Assembly (NCBI GenBank): GCA_012026655.1
Contig: JAAILG010000602.1
Location: forward strand, 1-64,000
DNA from: Hydrolagus affinis
Taxonomy: Eukaryota
DNA length: 64,000 nucleotides
Direction: 5' to 3'
The number at the start of each line of letters is the position of its first letter. Position 1 is the stretch's first letter. This document shows positions 13,236 to 34,600 of the stretch, piece after piece. The notes below the pieces were generated by a model. It saw nothing but the letters and a program-made list of their open reading frames with translations. It was not told the DNA's origin and did no database searches. A program made the translations under genes and the position numbers.

Positions 13236-13248
13236 TGCCCTCTAGTGG
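13236..13248. promoter_or_regulatory. CTCF core motif between the LAMC1 and SHCBP1L promoters
   Basis: TGCCCTCTAGTGG (reverse CCACTAGAGGGCA), a close match to the CTCF core, in AT-rich non-repeat sequence. Confidence 0.55.
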
Positions 13249-14499
13249 AGGATAATATGTTTGTTATAATAGAGCAGTTCTGCCTCCTTGGAAATGATGT
13301 TCCACAAATTTCATATGAAGTTTTTACTTCAATGGAGAAAGAGTTTTACACAATACAATTTACATTCAGATGGCCCTTTCACATTAGTAGGGCAAATGGG
13401 TAGGGGAAGCTGGTGGGGGGGATTGGGGGGTTGGTGAGGGGAAAGATGACCAAAAGCTTGGACAGAGGTAAGTAAATGTTAAGGCGAGTTTTAAAAGCTT
13501 GAGAAGTGTTTCTTCATAGATAGTTTTGAAAGTGTTTCTTCATAGATTTTGACAACCTTTGGATACTTAATAATCCTTGCATTCGATATACTGTTGTGTG
13601 TTATCAAATCTTCAAGATGTATCAAAGCGTTTCACAGAATATAATGCAACGTGAATTGTCTATATATTTTCTGGGCGAAACGATTGTAAATGAACAAGAC
13701 AAATTATAAATTTGTGTTTCCATTTTTGTTCCGAGAAAATTCATGTCACCTAACAGCAAGGAGCCCTTGCCAGTGATGAGGGCTCCAAAGTGAACTCCAG
13801 CAATCAAATGAATGAATATCGCACAATCATAGATAGATGGACCACAACTGTCCTCAGGCTATAGCTTGGGAAAGACTTGTGGGATCTGAACTCGACTAAT
13901 TTTTGCCAGTATCGTCCAGTGTCACTGACGTTCAGCTTCAGTATTGTTACCTCAAACCACTTGAACATGGTGAGCGACGGGTCAAACCACCACCAATAAC
14001 AACCGTCAATAATAATAATCCTCGCATTTGATATATCATGTCTTTGAGATATCTCAAAGCACTTCAGAGTATACTGTAAAGTGAATTGAGTGTATATCTT
14101 GTGGGGGGGAAACATTATAAAGCCTTTTTTTAAAAAAAAAGTGGTGATGGATTTATTTGCCTTCTCTTGAGAAAGGATGCACATTTTACATCAAAACGTT
14201 GTGTGTGTGGTGGGTGGGAGAAAAAGAAATGGGTGGGTGTCACAGAAATTAAAATACGTTTATAGCCAAAAAAAAATCTGCCAGAAACTAGCCCCAAATA
14301 ATGCGTCGCCTCCTATGGGGTAGCAGCCAGTATAGCGTTGGTTGCTTCTGAAACTGTGTGTTTGAAAAAGCTTCGTCACATGTGGTGGGGACACAAATTT
14401 TGCAGATTTAAATGCACAATGAAGTGACGGTAGGAACAGTAACAATACATATATATTATTTTTAAAACACGCGCTCTCCACAAATTCTACATTTTCCTA

Positions 14500-14870
14500 C
14501 CAGGGAGAGCCCTCGGTCTCCCGCAGGCGAAGGTGGCGCTAACCTGAGGTCAAGTGCGCGTGCGCTCGCGCATGGCAGTTTGAATTATTTTTTAAAGAAG
14601 CATGTGGCCAACTGTCGCTGCGCAAGGGCTTCTCCCCGCCCACACCAACCAGCGCGAGAGCTCCCCCGCCCACACCAACCAGCGCGAGAGACCCTCCCCG
14701 AACAACCAGTGTACCAGCTCCACCCCACCAACAACAAGCAACCAGTGCACCGTCCTCCCCCCCCTCCACCCACCAGCCAACGATCAACCGTTCGCTCCGA
14801 ATTTACGTCTCCTGGGGGCGGTTGGACGGCGCCTGTTTGAGTAGAACCAGTTAGTTGTGGTGTGTGCGTT
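14500..14870 (+). promoter_or_regulatory. SHCBP1L CpG-rich promoter with NRF1-like, MYB and CHR motifs
   Basis: TGCGCGTGCGCT 14555-14566; TGGCAGTT 14573-14580 overlapping TTTGAA 14579-14584; CAACTG 14609-14614; GGCGGTTG 14817-14824; GC boxes. Confidence 0.6.
14631..14700 (+). repeat. 30-bp tandem repeat (2 copies plus degenerate continuation) containing GC boxes
   Basis: ccccgcccacaccaaccagcgcgagag occurs twice. Confidence 0.85.
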
Positions 14871-23666
<8,796 letters not shown>

Positions 23667-23833
23667 TTACTCAGATGCAAAGATATATTGCAGAGTTAGA
23701 AACTCTGTTTGTTTAACATTCTTACCTTGACTCAAAAATATATTTGTAATTACCTGTTCAATATTTGTTTCTTAATATTTTATTGGAGAATGAAAAATTG
23801 TCATTTTAGAACAGTTCAAATATAAATGCATAC

Positions 23834-23839
23834 AATAAA
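23834..23839 (+). terminator. Probable SHCBP1L polyadenylation signal
   Basis: First AATAAA I found after the stop codon, about 170 nt downstream. Confidence 0.5.
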
Positions 23840-24231
23840 CAGTTTTAAGTTACCTCTGAACTAACTTGTTTACACACTTGCTTTGTTTATACGTTGGGCA
23901 ATAATGGTGGTCCTTATTAATCTGTGCTCCAGATAAACTTTAAACTTCTGTGGTTACACAGCATATTACCAACACCTTCACTAAAGATCTTCAGCTAAAA
24001 GTAGATTTACAAGTCGAGACAAACAACCCACATCTTCATTATATTTCTTCATTTTAGTGAAATGCAAACATTCAAAGTTGTCTCAGCTTGCCACATTTTA
24101 ATCTCAACACCAGTAAAATGTAACAAAACTAGTATGAATGGCTGCTAATTTGGAAAAAAGCAAGAAAATGCCTTGAATATTCATCACAATGATATACAAC
24201 ACAGGGTTTCAGGGTCAGAAACTGATATTCT

Positions 24232-24480
24232 ACAACAATAATCCTTGTATTTGATATAGCGCATTTCACGTTTCTTAGACGTTTCAAAGCTCTTCACAGA
24301 ATATACTGTAAAGTGAATTGACTATTTGTGGGCGAAATACAGCAGCCAATTGCACACAGCAGTATCCCATAAACAGTCATGGATTGAGTGACTAATTTCT
24401 TACTGTTTTTCTTCTTGAGGGATTATTATCAGGCATGTCGAGTAAGGAAACTTGCCCAAGGTTTCACCCTGCCGGGAATC
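24232..24480 (-). mobile_element. tRNA/Deu SINE, 5'-truncated
   Basis: aataatccttgtatttgatatagcg...cagccaattgcacacagcag...aacttgcccaaggtttcaccctgccgggaatc. Confidence 0.85.
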
Positions 24481-25328
24481 ATTATCACTGAACCATAAAA
24501 TAAAAGGTCTTCACAGCATAATGACAATACTGATCATCCATATGAAATAATGTATTTTTTCATTGTTTGTATTTTAGGGTATAATACAATATATGCATTA
24601 ATATGTGTCACTATCAGATACATTAAATTAGAAATAGGATTAGTGACAGTCTATGGGTGTGTGAATTCTGCAGATGTAAACGTTTTGTGCAAATTTAGTT
24701 GAGACTTATACACCCCAGCTTTTAAATAAAATATAGCTACATCAACATCAGACTTAAGAATTTGGATTTGTCTTATTGTATCTCAGCTTTCACATTCCCT
24801 TGCAGAAAATTAAATGGCTACACATCAACATTTTATACATATTGATTCCACTTGGCATTCCTTTATACTTTAGCCATTTCAGACAACCTTAGACCTGAAG
24901 GAATGTATCTTTCAGCTTCAAAGACTGACAAAGAATACAGCTGTATCTATGTTGTGGGTGCCCCCCACCGCCCCCATATTAAAATCAAGATAAAAGAAAT
25001 GTCTTTCTAAATAGTAAGATTATCTACATTTATAATGTTATGCTGCCCTTTCAGATTCTGCAACATTGGCCTAACAGAAAAATTAATAAATGTATTGTTT
25101 TGAGTGCTGTCTCCCCAAGACAAAGGTCTGAGAGAATACTTCAGATCAAATTGTTAAAATCTGAAATCAAACTTTTTTAAATTGATCATTTAAATTGCTA
25201 ATTCCCACAGCATCCTTAATTTCTCAACAAAGGTTCGATTTGAATACCTGTACTATTTAGTGCAATGCGAGCCTTACACTTAAAATAAGCACTACTGAAA
25301 TCCAGGTATTCTTGTTCTGTAGTTGTAC

Positions 25329-25334
25329 TTTATT
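25329..25334 (-). terminator. Probable DHX9 polyadenylation signal
   Basis: AATAAA on - strand about 305 nt after the DHX9 stop. Confidence 0.45.
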
Positions 25335-25639
25335 TTTTAAAGACAACTAGAATCAAATGAAAACATTTTAAACTAGACGATTAATTACAGTAGTACTTGC
25401 TTCAGTATTCTAAATTTAGAGATGCTACAAGTATATTTCCTAATCTTCAGCATTCAAGCAGCACACTCGCGTGCACATTAATCAAAAACATTAGGAGACA
25501 ACGAACAAACTGGTTACAACATTTGCAAATAGGTATGCAGTGTTGGCTCTTTTCTAAAAAATAATTAAATACAAAGCTGTATTACTGTATTAATCCGTAA
25601 AAATTGTGCACCAATGCAATTTTGGTCTTTTGTCTTTTT

Positions 25640-28600
25640 CTAATAACCACTTCTGCCTCCCCCGTAGCTTCCTCCACTGCTTCCATAGCTACCTGCTCCA
25701 CCTCCACTGGTATAACCACCTGCACTACTGTAGCTCCCTCCACCTACACTACTGTAGCTTGCCCCTCCTGCAGTACCATAGGCCCCACCTACTCCACTAC
25801 TGTAGCCCCCTCCTGCAGTACCTACTCCACTACTGTAGCTCTCTCCTGCTCCACTACTGTAGCCTCCTCCTGCTGAACTAGTGTATCCCTTTCCTCCACT
25901 ACTATACCCGCCTCCTCCTCCACTTCCATAACCCTCTGTCCCACCACTATTGTAGCCACCTCCTCCGCCACTACTGGAACCACCTGTCCTTCCACTACTG
26001 TAACCTCCTGCCCCTCCAGCATAACTTGCTGCCCCACCACTAGCAGTCCCTCCACTTACAAAACCCCCTCCACTACCATAGCCCCCACCTCTGTTATAGC
26101 CACCTCCTCTGCCATAGCCACCATAACCACTACTTTGATAGCTGCTACCACCACCGCTGTAGTAACCTCTAGAGTTACCATATCCTCCTCCTCTTCCATA
26201 TCCTCTCCCTCCCCTATAACCAGAACCTCTTACACCAAATCCTTGGCTGTCAAAACGTGCCATTTTGGGAGGACGAGGACCATCACCAAATCTGCAACCA
26301 AAACAGATTATATTATAGAAAGAAACCCAAACCGAGTAACACCTAAGGGTAATAAAAATATTAGGTGGGAATAATTCCTCACATTCAAGATAGCAGAAGA
26401 AAAGGAATACAAAATGCTGGTAAAATGAGCAATCTACCCCTCTATAATAATGGGTTTCTCCTAAACTTATTTGGACTATCAATGCGCAAGGAAAACCTTT
26501 CAGTATCAATGTTTTGTTTTGCATCACCACTGGTTAATTAAGTAAATTTCTAATCAGAATGCTACCAAAAACCAGCAATAAAAATTGCAATACCCAATCC
26601 CCACCTGCAAGAATATGTTCACCTGGAAAAAAACTTGCACACAAAAAAAAATTGACATCTTTGTTGGATTACATTTCTTATTTGCCAAATATATAAAGAT
26701 GGCCAAGCTGTTTGCACCTCGCTCAAAACAAATTTCAGTTTGCAGGTTGATGAAGCTTCTTTGTAGTTGCAGCAAGTGTGCAGCATAAAATTACTTGTGC
26801 ACAGGCAAGCTCAGAAATATGGAACAAAAAAATCACAACTTATTTTAACTTTGAAGTTAGGACAGAAGTTATTAAATGTTTACGCAACCATTGCAGCTGC
26901 AGGGAAAATGGATGAACGGTGGAGACTTCATTGTATTTTGGGGGCATTTCTATTTGCCTTTCCCCCCCACCCATTACAAATTACTGTTAAAAAGCAGCTT
27001 GGCTTATAGCTCTGTCAGAAGCCTTTTGAGTATAGATGCGATAACTCCTTTAGAATTATTACTACTAAAGTTCTAAAGCAGCATCATAATTATATCCAAA
27101 GAGCTGTCTGAAATGGCTGTCTCAACTGGAAGGTTTGAAAAACACGTGGTTAGAATTACAGGTTCAGACTGCTCGAAAATGCAGCAAAAGCATCAGAAGA
27201 ATGCAATTTACCTTGCGTTCGACAGGAGGTTGATGCCCGCTGCTCCAGGCTTTGAAATCTGACGGATCATGTTCAGCATGCGCTCATGTGTGGGATCCAT
27301 TTGCCGTATGAATTCAGGATCCTTTGCTACTTCAACTACGAGAGCCTCCATGGCTGCACGTAAAGCAACAATTGCAGAGGCCGCAGAGTGAGACATTCGC
27401 AGCTTTATCCTAAAGCAAGACATTATGAACCGTATGTAGTAAAAAATAGTAACCATGGACTGATGATCGAATGGAATAAAAGGTGTTCATCGAAGCTCCG
27501 CAAAGAACAAGGAATTCTCACAAACTAATCTGGGCAAGTAACCCTCCACCCTTGGCAAGCTAGCCAAAGTAAAACCTCAAAAGTAATAGGTTTCCCTCCC
27601 CACCCTCCCAAATACATCTTATCCAAAAGGTCAGTTAATTTTAAAAGAGTATTGTAATGTAAACTTGTTGTTTTCTTCTATCTCATGATGGTAACTTTCA
27701 ATAATGAATCTTCACCCAACTCACAAAATGACTCAAGCAGCAAAGTTAAAATGATTCTTCCTATCATTTTAATACATAATAATAATCCTTTCATTTTGAT
27801 ATAGCGCTTTTCATGTCTTCTAGACATCTCAAAGCACTTCACAGAATATACTGTAAAGTGAAATGACTATATATTTGTGGGCGAAGAGCTTTTTTTCCAT
27901 CTTTCCTAAAGGGCTGACTTGTGTTGAATTACTTCTGACAAACACCAATCAACCCTCCAGTCCTCATCCAAGTGACAATGTTTACTTTGCATAAATAAAG
28001 TCATGAAACTGGGACATACCAGGTCTGAATGCCTGTTTCACTCAGCCAGAAAGAAGGAACCCCTAAATTTTTAGTTTGTTAATCCCACAAAATTTGCGGT
28101 CAATTTATTTTACATTTCATTCTGTGAATCTCTTTGAGATGTCTCACCTTTGAGATAAGGTGCTATATCAAATGCAAGGATTATTATTATTATTTTAGAA
28201 TACAACTAAGGGGATTGAACTGTCGGTCACCTGTACCAATAGCTCTTACCACTCATCCATCAAAACGATTGTTCCATCTGACATCACCTTCTTTGAGCCA
28301 TAGAAGAGAAGCTGGAGGGGACTCACCAAAGTCATCCCTTTTGCAGACACAGCCCGAGTGCGAATCTGAAGAGGAATGCATAACATCAGTTCCAGTTTTT
28401 TTTTGAGTCACAATTTACAACAAACTGCAATCATGATAAAACTTCTCATGAAGGAAATTTGACTTTTCTGTCTATTCAGTACTGCTTTCTACAAGCATTA
28501 TACACACAATACCCACACAAACAAGTTGCACACACTACATAATCTATGAATTTTAGACAGCTGAAACTTCTGCTTCATGAACAGATTTGTTAGCTAACAG

Positions 28601-31600
28601 CTATAACATTTTTTAATCTTTCCCTCAAAAGTATATTTAACCTCCAAGAAAATCGGTCTTTCAATAAAGATTACAGTGCGGATGTCATCCGAACCTGAAG
28701 AACGCTTAACAAGGTACCGGGACATTGTTCTTTGGACATTGATTCCGTTTTTAAAGACTGAGATGTTAACAATTCAGGAATGACCTTTTTGCTAAATTAT
28801 CTGTCAACAAAGCCTCCATCAAACAGTAGTTTGTTTTTAGGGGAGGGAAGAAAAGGGAATAGAGTAGCATACAGATCCCACTGAACTATTAATGCTTCTG
28901 GCAAACAAAACTCCTAAAAAGAAATCTTGTGAAAAGCTACAGTTTGAACAACCAAATGCAGTGCAGCATTCACGCATTGCCTGTCAAATAAAAAGAAATG
29001 TTGTTGCTTTGCTCACCTTCTCCCCAAACACAAAGAAAGGGGAAGGGTACTTCATATCTTGACTACTGAAGGGACAATTTACGGATGATTTATGGATAAG
29101 TGCATTGCGCCCCTCTGTGGTTAAGATTTTTCTCTTCTCCTTGTGATAGCAGACATTGGGGTAAAGACCAAAGCAGAGGAGCGTGATCACCACATCCAGA
29201 TTATTATCTGGTCCAGTGTTGTTAAATACTTGAGTCATCAGGCTCTCTGTTGGGAAAGAAAGAAAAGCTGTTGCTCTGTATTCACAATATATTGGAAAAC
29301 CGGGTACATGATTGATATCACAGCTGCTTCACAGCATCATTATTTAAATAAGCCCCTGTATGCAAAACAAAATCCTAACTTTGCAATTTGAGACAAATAT
29401 AATCCCCAAATGACAAGTAGAACATGCAAAAACAGGCGTTTCAAGATTCTCTTGGCTGCCTCTGACTTAGAAGGATCCACGATCTCCTGAATGAACCAAT
29501 ATGTAACGAATGAGTGCATGCAGTGATCAAAGGGGAATCTGTGACAAGCAACTGAGTCCTACAACTTTTGAGTTATTAGCAGACCATGTCTCACTACACT
29601 CCCATGAGCATGTTTATCTTTAAAAAGCCTTTCCTTTAGGAAGGCAAGATAATCAATATGAAATAATTTCCCAGACATCAGCATTACATTCCATAAGATC
29701 CGTCTAAGTGCAGTTTAAGAGCTTCAATCTTACCTTCAGGGAAACCAGCATTTACCAGGATATCCTTTAGCTGTACCTTAGCTTCCCAGGTCATTCTCAA
29801 GGTGGCAATGTTAAGCCTTTTATGTTCACAAAATCTTACTTCTGCTTCTTCACCTCCCATTCTACCAAGAAATAAAATTGCAAACATGTTTTAGATGATG
29901 AAATGTATATCAAAAATAAATTGAAAGATAGAGGAGCTAATGTAGACAATGACACAATAAAGACACAATTAAGTTACAACTGAATAAAAAATAGATTCCT
30001 TAAGTAATCATTATTACATCTTACCAACATGCAGGAGCTTTGCTATACAAATCCATAATCATCCAAATCAGAGTTCCTATAAATTGGCATGATCTACCAC
30101 AAAGGAAATTCAAAGGAAAAAGAAACATCTGCTAACTTGATGCTCCAGAGTACACATTTTGGTGCTTGAAAAATAAGATACGAATCTAGTAAAATCTGCA
30201 TGTACCATAGCTGATATTTGGGGATTGTCAATAGGATTGAGCAACATCTAAGCAAGCAGAAGTTACCACAAGCCCAATCACATAACTTAGCTGCACAAGT
30301 CTAGAACATAATTTAACTCTTTTATGTTAACAACAACAAAATTACACTTGCATAGATAGCACCTTTCATGTCAGGAGGACGCCCCAAGACATAAGAACAT
30401 AAGAATTAGGAGCAGGAGTAGGCCATTTGGCCCTTCGAGCCTGCTCTGCCATTCAATAAGATCATGGCTGATCTTCTCACCTAACTTTGATTACCTGCCC
30501 TATCCCCATGTCCCCTAATCCCTCTATGTTTCAAAAATCTATCAGTCTCAGCCTTGAAAATGTTCAAGGACTGAGCATCTACAGCCTTCTGGGGTAGTGA
30601 ATTCCATAAATTCACCACCCTCTAAGTGAAGAAATGTTTCCTCAACTCTGTTCTAAAAGGCTGACCCTTGATTTTAAGACTGTGACCACTGGTAATAGAT
30701 TCTCCTACCAGGGGAAACAGTCCCTCAGTGCCTACTTTATCTAGCCCTTTAAGAATCTTATATGTTTCAATAAGATGCCCCCTAATTCTTCTGTATTCTA
30801 GAGAATACAGCCCTAGCCCTAGACGTTGGACAGTCACTGTTTCAGACCCAAGCTGGGGACAGTGGGGTGGAGGGAATGGGGGGGATTTGGAGTAGCTGAT
30901 GGGACCATTGAAGAGGAGGGTCTTGAGGCGGCACTTGAAGGCCAGGGAGGGAGCAAGGTGGAGGGCTTGTAGGATGGAGATTGGGGGCAGAGTGCCTAAA
31001 GACTCGCCTACCAATGGTGGGGCGGGTGAGTTGGGGGACATAGAGCAGGCTGGAACCTGCTGAACAGAAGGTGGGGGGGGCAAGTTGGTAGGAGGTCATA
31101 GATGTAGGGTGGGGCGAGGCTGTGGAGGGTTTTAAATGTGAGGACCAGGATCTTGAATTGGATCTCTGGATGATGGGGAGCCAATGAAGTTGGGTAAGGA
31201 TAGGGGAGATGGGGTCACGAAGCTTGGAGTGGTAGAGGACATAGGCTGCAGAATTCTGGATCATCTGCAACCTATGGTGGGAGGAACTCGGAAGGTCGAC
31301 AAGCAGGGCGTTTGCATAGTCGAGCCGGGATGTAATGCAGGCATGAGTAACAACAACGAACAAAATTACATTGATAGAGGGCCTTTCACGTAAGGAGGAA
31401 TAAGGGTTTCAGCAGCCTTGGGGGTAAGGTAATGGTGGAATCAGGTAATATTGCGGAGGTGACGGAAGGCAGAGCGAGTCATTGCTTGGATATGAGGGAG
31501 GAAAGACAGTTGAGGATGGAACAAGACACTTTCTTGTTCCTGACTGGCTTGGTGAGGCCAAGTGAGCAACCATGGAGGTTGATGCTGCCAGTGCCTTACT

Positions 31601-34600
31601 AAATCAGATTCCTTTCAAGTTATTTTGCATAATTTGTCTCCATTGCATTTCACAATTGGCATGCTCAGCAACAGTATAAATAAATATTTTCATACAACTC
31701 CATCTATTTTGGCATTTCCAACTCAGAATTAAAATGATTTGCTTTTGATTTTATGCTGCCTTCCTTCCAGTATAAATAATGAATGTAAATGTTGGCACTG
31801 ATGAACTGATGTGGGAGGAGAGGCTATTCATATCAGAAATTGCTGGATTACAACATCGCCCTTTGATTTTCAGTCTTAGGACCAAAAGATTGGTCAGGAA
31901 AAGTACCGAGCCACCACACAATCTATTTGCACATTAGCAGTCTGACAAATACCTTGCATCGTCCCAGGCCTGGAAAACTGAAAGTAGAGCTACATGATCT
32001 GAGAAACGGGTTCCTGCAAAGTTCCGATGCATGTAGCCAAGTCGTTTGCCTTCATTAATAAAAGGCTCTGGAAAACAGGTGGCAGCAGATATGGTGCACA
32101 CAGCATCCCCAACACTACAACAAGAAAAGAGCCCATTAGTAACATGTCAATCAACAACATTAGCTTCTAAATTAAATCTACAACAAATGGTTAAAAATTG
32201 CTGCACAAATGTGAAAACTAATATACTTATCTTAACTGCACCCCCATCCCACCCACACATCAGATATTTCCTCTGGCACTAATCCCAGAACATTGTGTGT
32301 TGCATTGTATTAACCTTCAGTATTTTTTAAAAAAAAGGAATTAGAAAAACACTTTTTAGCCCACTCAAGCTCCTTGGTGCCTTATATCTGGAGTTAAAGA
32401 AAAAAACAACAATCTTAAACTACAATTAGTCCTCAAGGTGGCAGTCAATTCCATTGTGTGAAGATCGTTAACATATCAACTGTTTAACCCATAAATATGT
32501 TCCAAGATTTGGACAATTTAAGTTTTATTCTAAATGCATTGGTTATATGGACCTAACCCAATCTCCCAGCACCCCTCTCCCCTCAACTAAACTCAGATTC
32601 TACCTACCCTGTTGTGGGAATGGTTCAGTTTACAATCCGAGCAGTGCGGATTGAACCTTGACCTTTCCCAGCTACGATGCTATTGTTACGAATCATGAGA
32701 AATTTCAGATACAGGTGTTATAAAAAAATTCTCAGTAAGCTTGTCGTCTCCATTCTGCCCCTGGGCACTCTCGTAGGTCACGGACAAGATGATAAAACTT
32801 TGGTTATTCCACGTTGCTTATGAAATGTAACAGAAACACAACACAATGCACCAGGAAAACCAGCCAAATGCTCACTGCATCCTTCAAACCATCGGCCACT
32901 TCACACTCTGCCTCAACTCACTCTAGTGTGCAATGAACAACAAACATAGAATGATTTCAAGTCAGGCAATTTCACTGCTAAAGCAAACGTTGAAAGGCCT
33001 CATTCTTTTTTTGAATAAAAATTGAGTTCCAGGAACACAGCACAATAAACTAGCTTTAAACTCATCTCTACCGATAATTTTAATGCAACTGAAAATAGTG
33101 TCATGTTTTAGTAGAGAATGAGTTGGCCAACAACAGATAAAACATGTAGTTCAGAGTATTCGGGCGAATTTACAGTGGAGGAATTATTCTAAGGGTGGAC
33201 CTTATGTGGCTCTGCAGCGTTTTCTTCCTCTAAAGTAGTTATTTGTTACTCACTGGAATATGCAACCCATTATCATCATCTTGCCAAGACGTGGTTCAAT
33301 TGGAAGCCTTGCCAAGATTCGGCCCAGAGGTGTCAGTTCATCATTGATGTCGAGAGCATCAAGTTCTGAGAAAGACAAATAACACATTTAGATTTTCCAG
33401 TTGATCATGTTCTGCAGATGGATGCATTACTGTGTAAACGGTAAGAAACAACTTATTAAAGATGTCAGAATTGGATTGAGATCAATTTATTACATTGGAA
33501 ACCATGAGTTTATCAAATAAACAAAGGACAGCTATAACTGTCTCTGTAGAAGACTTGTCTAAAAGAATGACCATAATTGGTATCCCTGAAGCAATCAGGG
33601 AAGCTTTAGGTGCAACATATTTATGAGGTAAAAAAATGAGCAGGTTGCAAACCAATGGAAACATGGAGCTGTGTTTCTTTTTCAACGACAATATATAAAA
33701 GGATGACCTGACAAGAGTTCAATTGTGAAGGAATAAGATGTGTGAACGGACTTGAGATACAGTAATATTGTTGGGCCTGAACTATTTTTAAGAACCAATT
33801 CACAACAGAATTTGTGAGAATGTGTACGAATAATATAACTTTTGGTACGATCGAGAAGCCTGCTGACCACTCACTGTTTAGGATCATCCATGGACAATGG
33901 TGAATTAGCTGAGGTACTGTGTGGAATATATACCCATAGAACTCAGATTAAGCATGAACCACTGCCTTCAAGAGACTTACTTTAGTATTTCTTATTTTTA
34001 TGCAAAATATTAATGTGCAGTATAAATGCTTTTTTATTAAGTATTGTTATCTTGACCCGACTTATTTGAATGTCACCGCTGTGAAAGTCCCACTGCTAGC
34101 TTTTGTAATATAATGGTTCAACTTGTAGGACTGCTAAGTTTGAAACAATTATCAGTCTTCACTTTCAATTCTTTTGAATTAAGTATAATTTCCACATATA
34201 ATGCTCCACTGAATCATCCTTAACAATACTTTTAAAAACTCGTCATTTCAATCCTCGATTGTTTGTGGGACGCTGCTGTGTGCAATTGCCTGTTGGAGTT
34301 TTCCCACAAATATAGTTAATTCACTTTACAGTATATTCTGTGATGCGTTTTGAGACGTCTAGAACACTCGAAAAGCACATCAAATGCAATTATTATTATG
34401 ACTTCATAGGTTTGATGACATTAACATGACTGGGTATTAATTACCTCGCAGAGTGTGTTCTGCCTCAATAACTGCATCGAGTGGTGGAGGTTCAATAGCT
34501 TTCGCCAAGAATGGTCCAATTCCCCCCAGACGAAGAAGCTTGATGCTCAGAGCGACTTCATGAAGAGGTGTACGGAATATCTCTGGAGTCATGTGGGTTT

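Noticed and set aside
25604-25881. Plus-strand ORFs with STTVA and LLHYCS repeats
   Set aside because: They are antisense shadows of the Gly/Ser/Tyr repeat in the last DHX9 exon.
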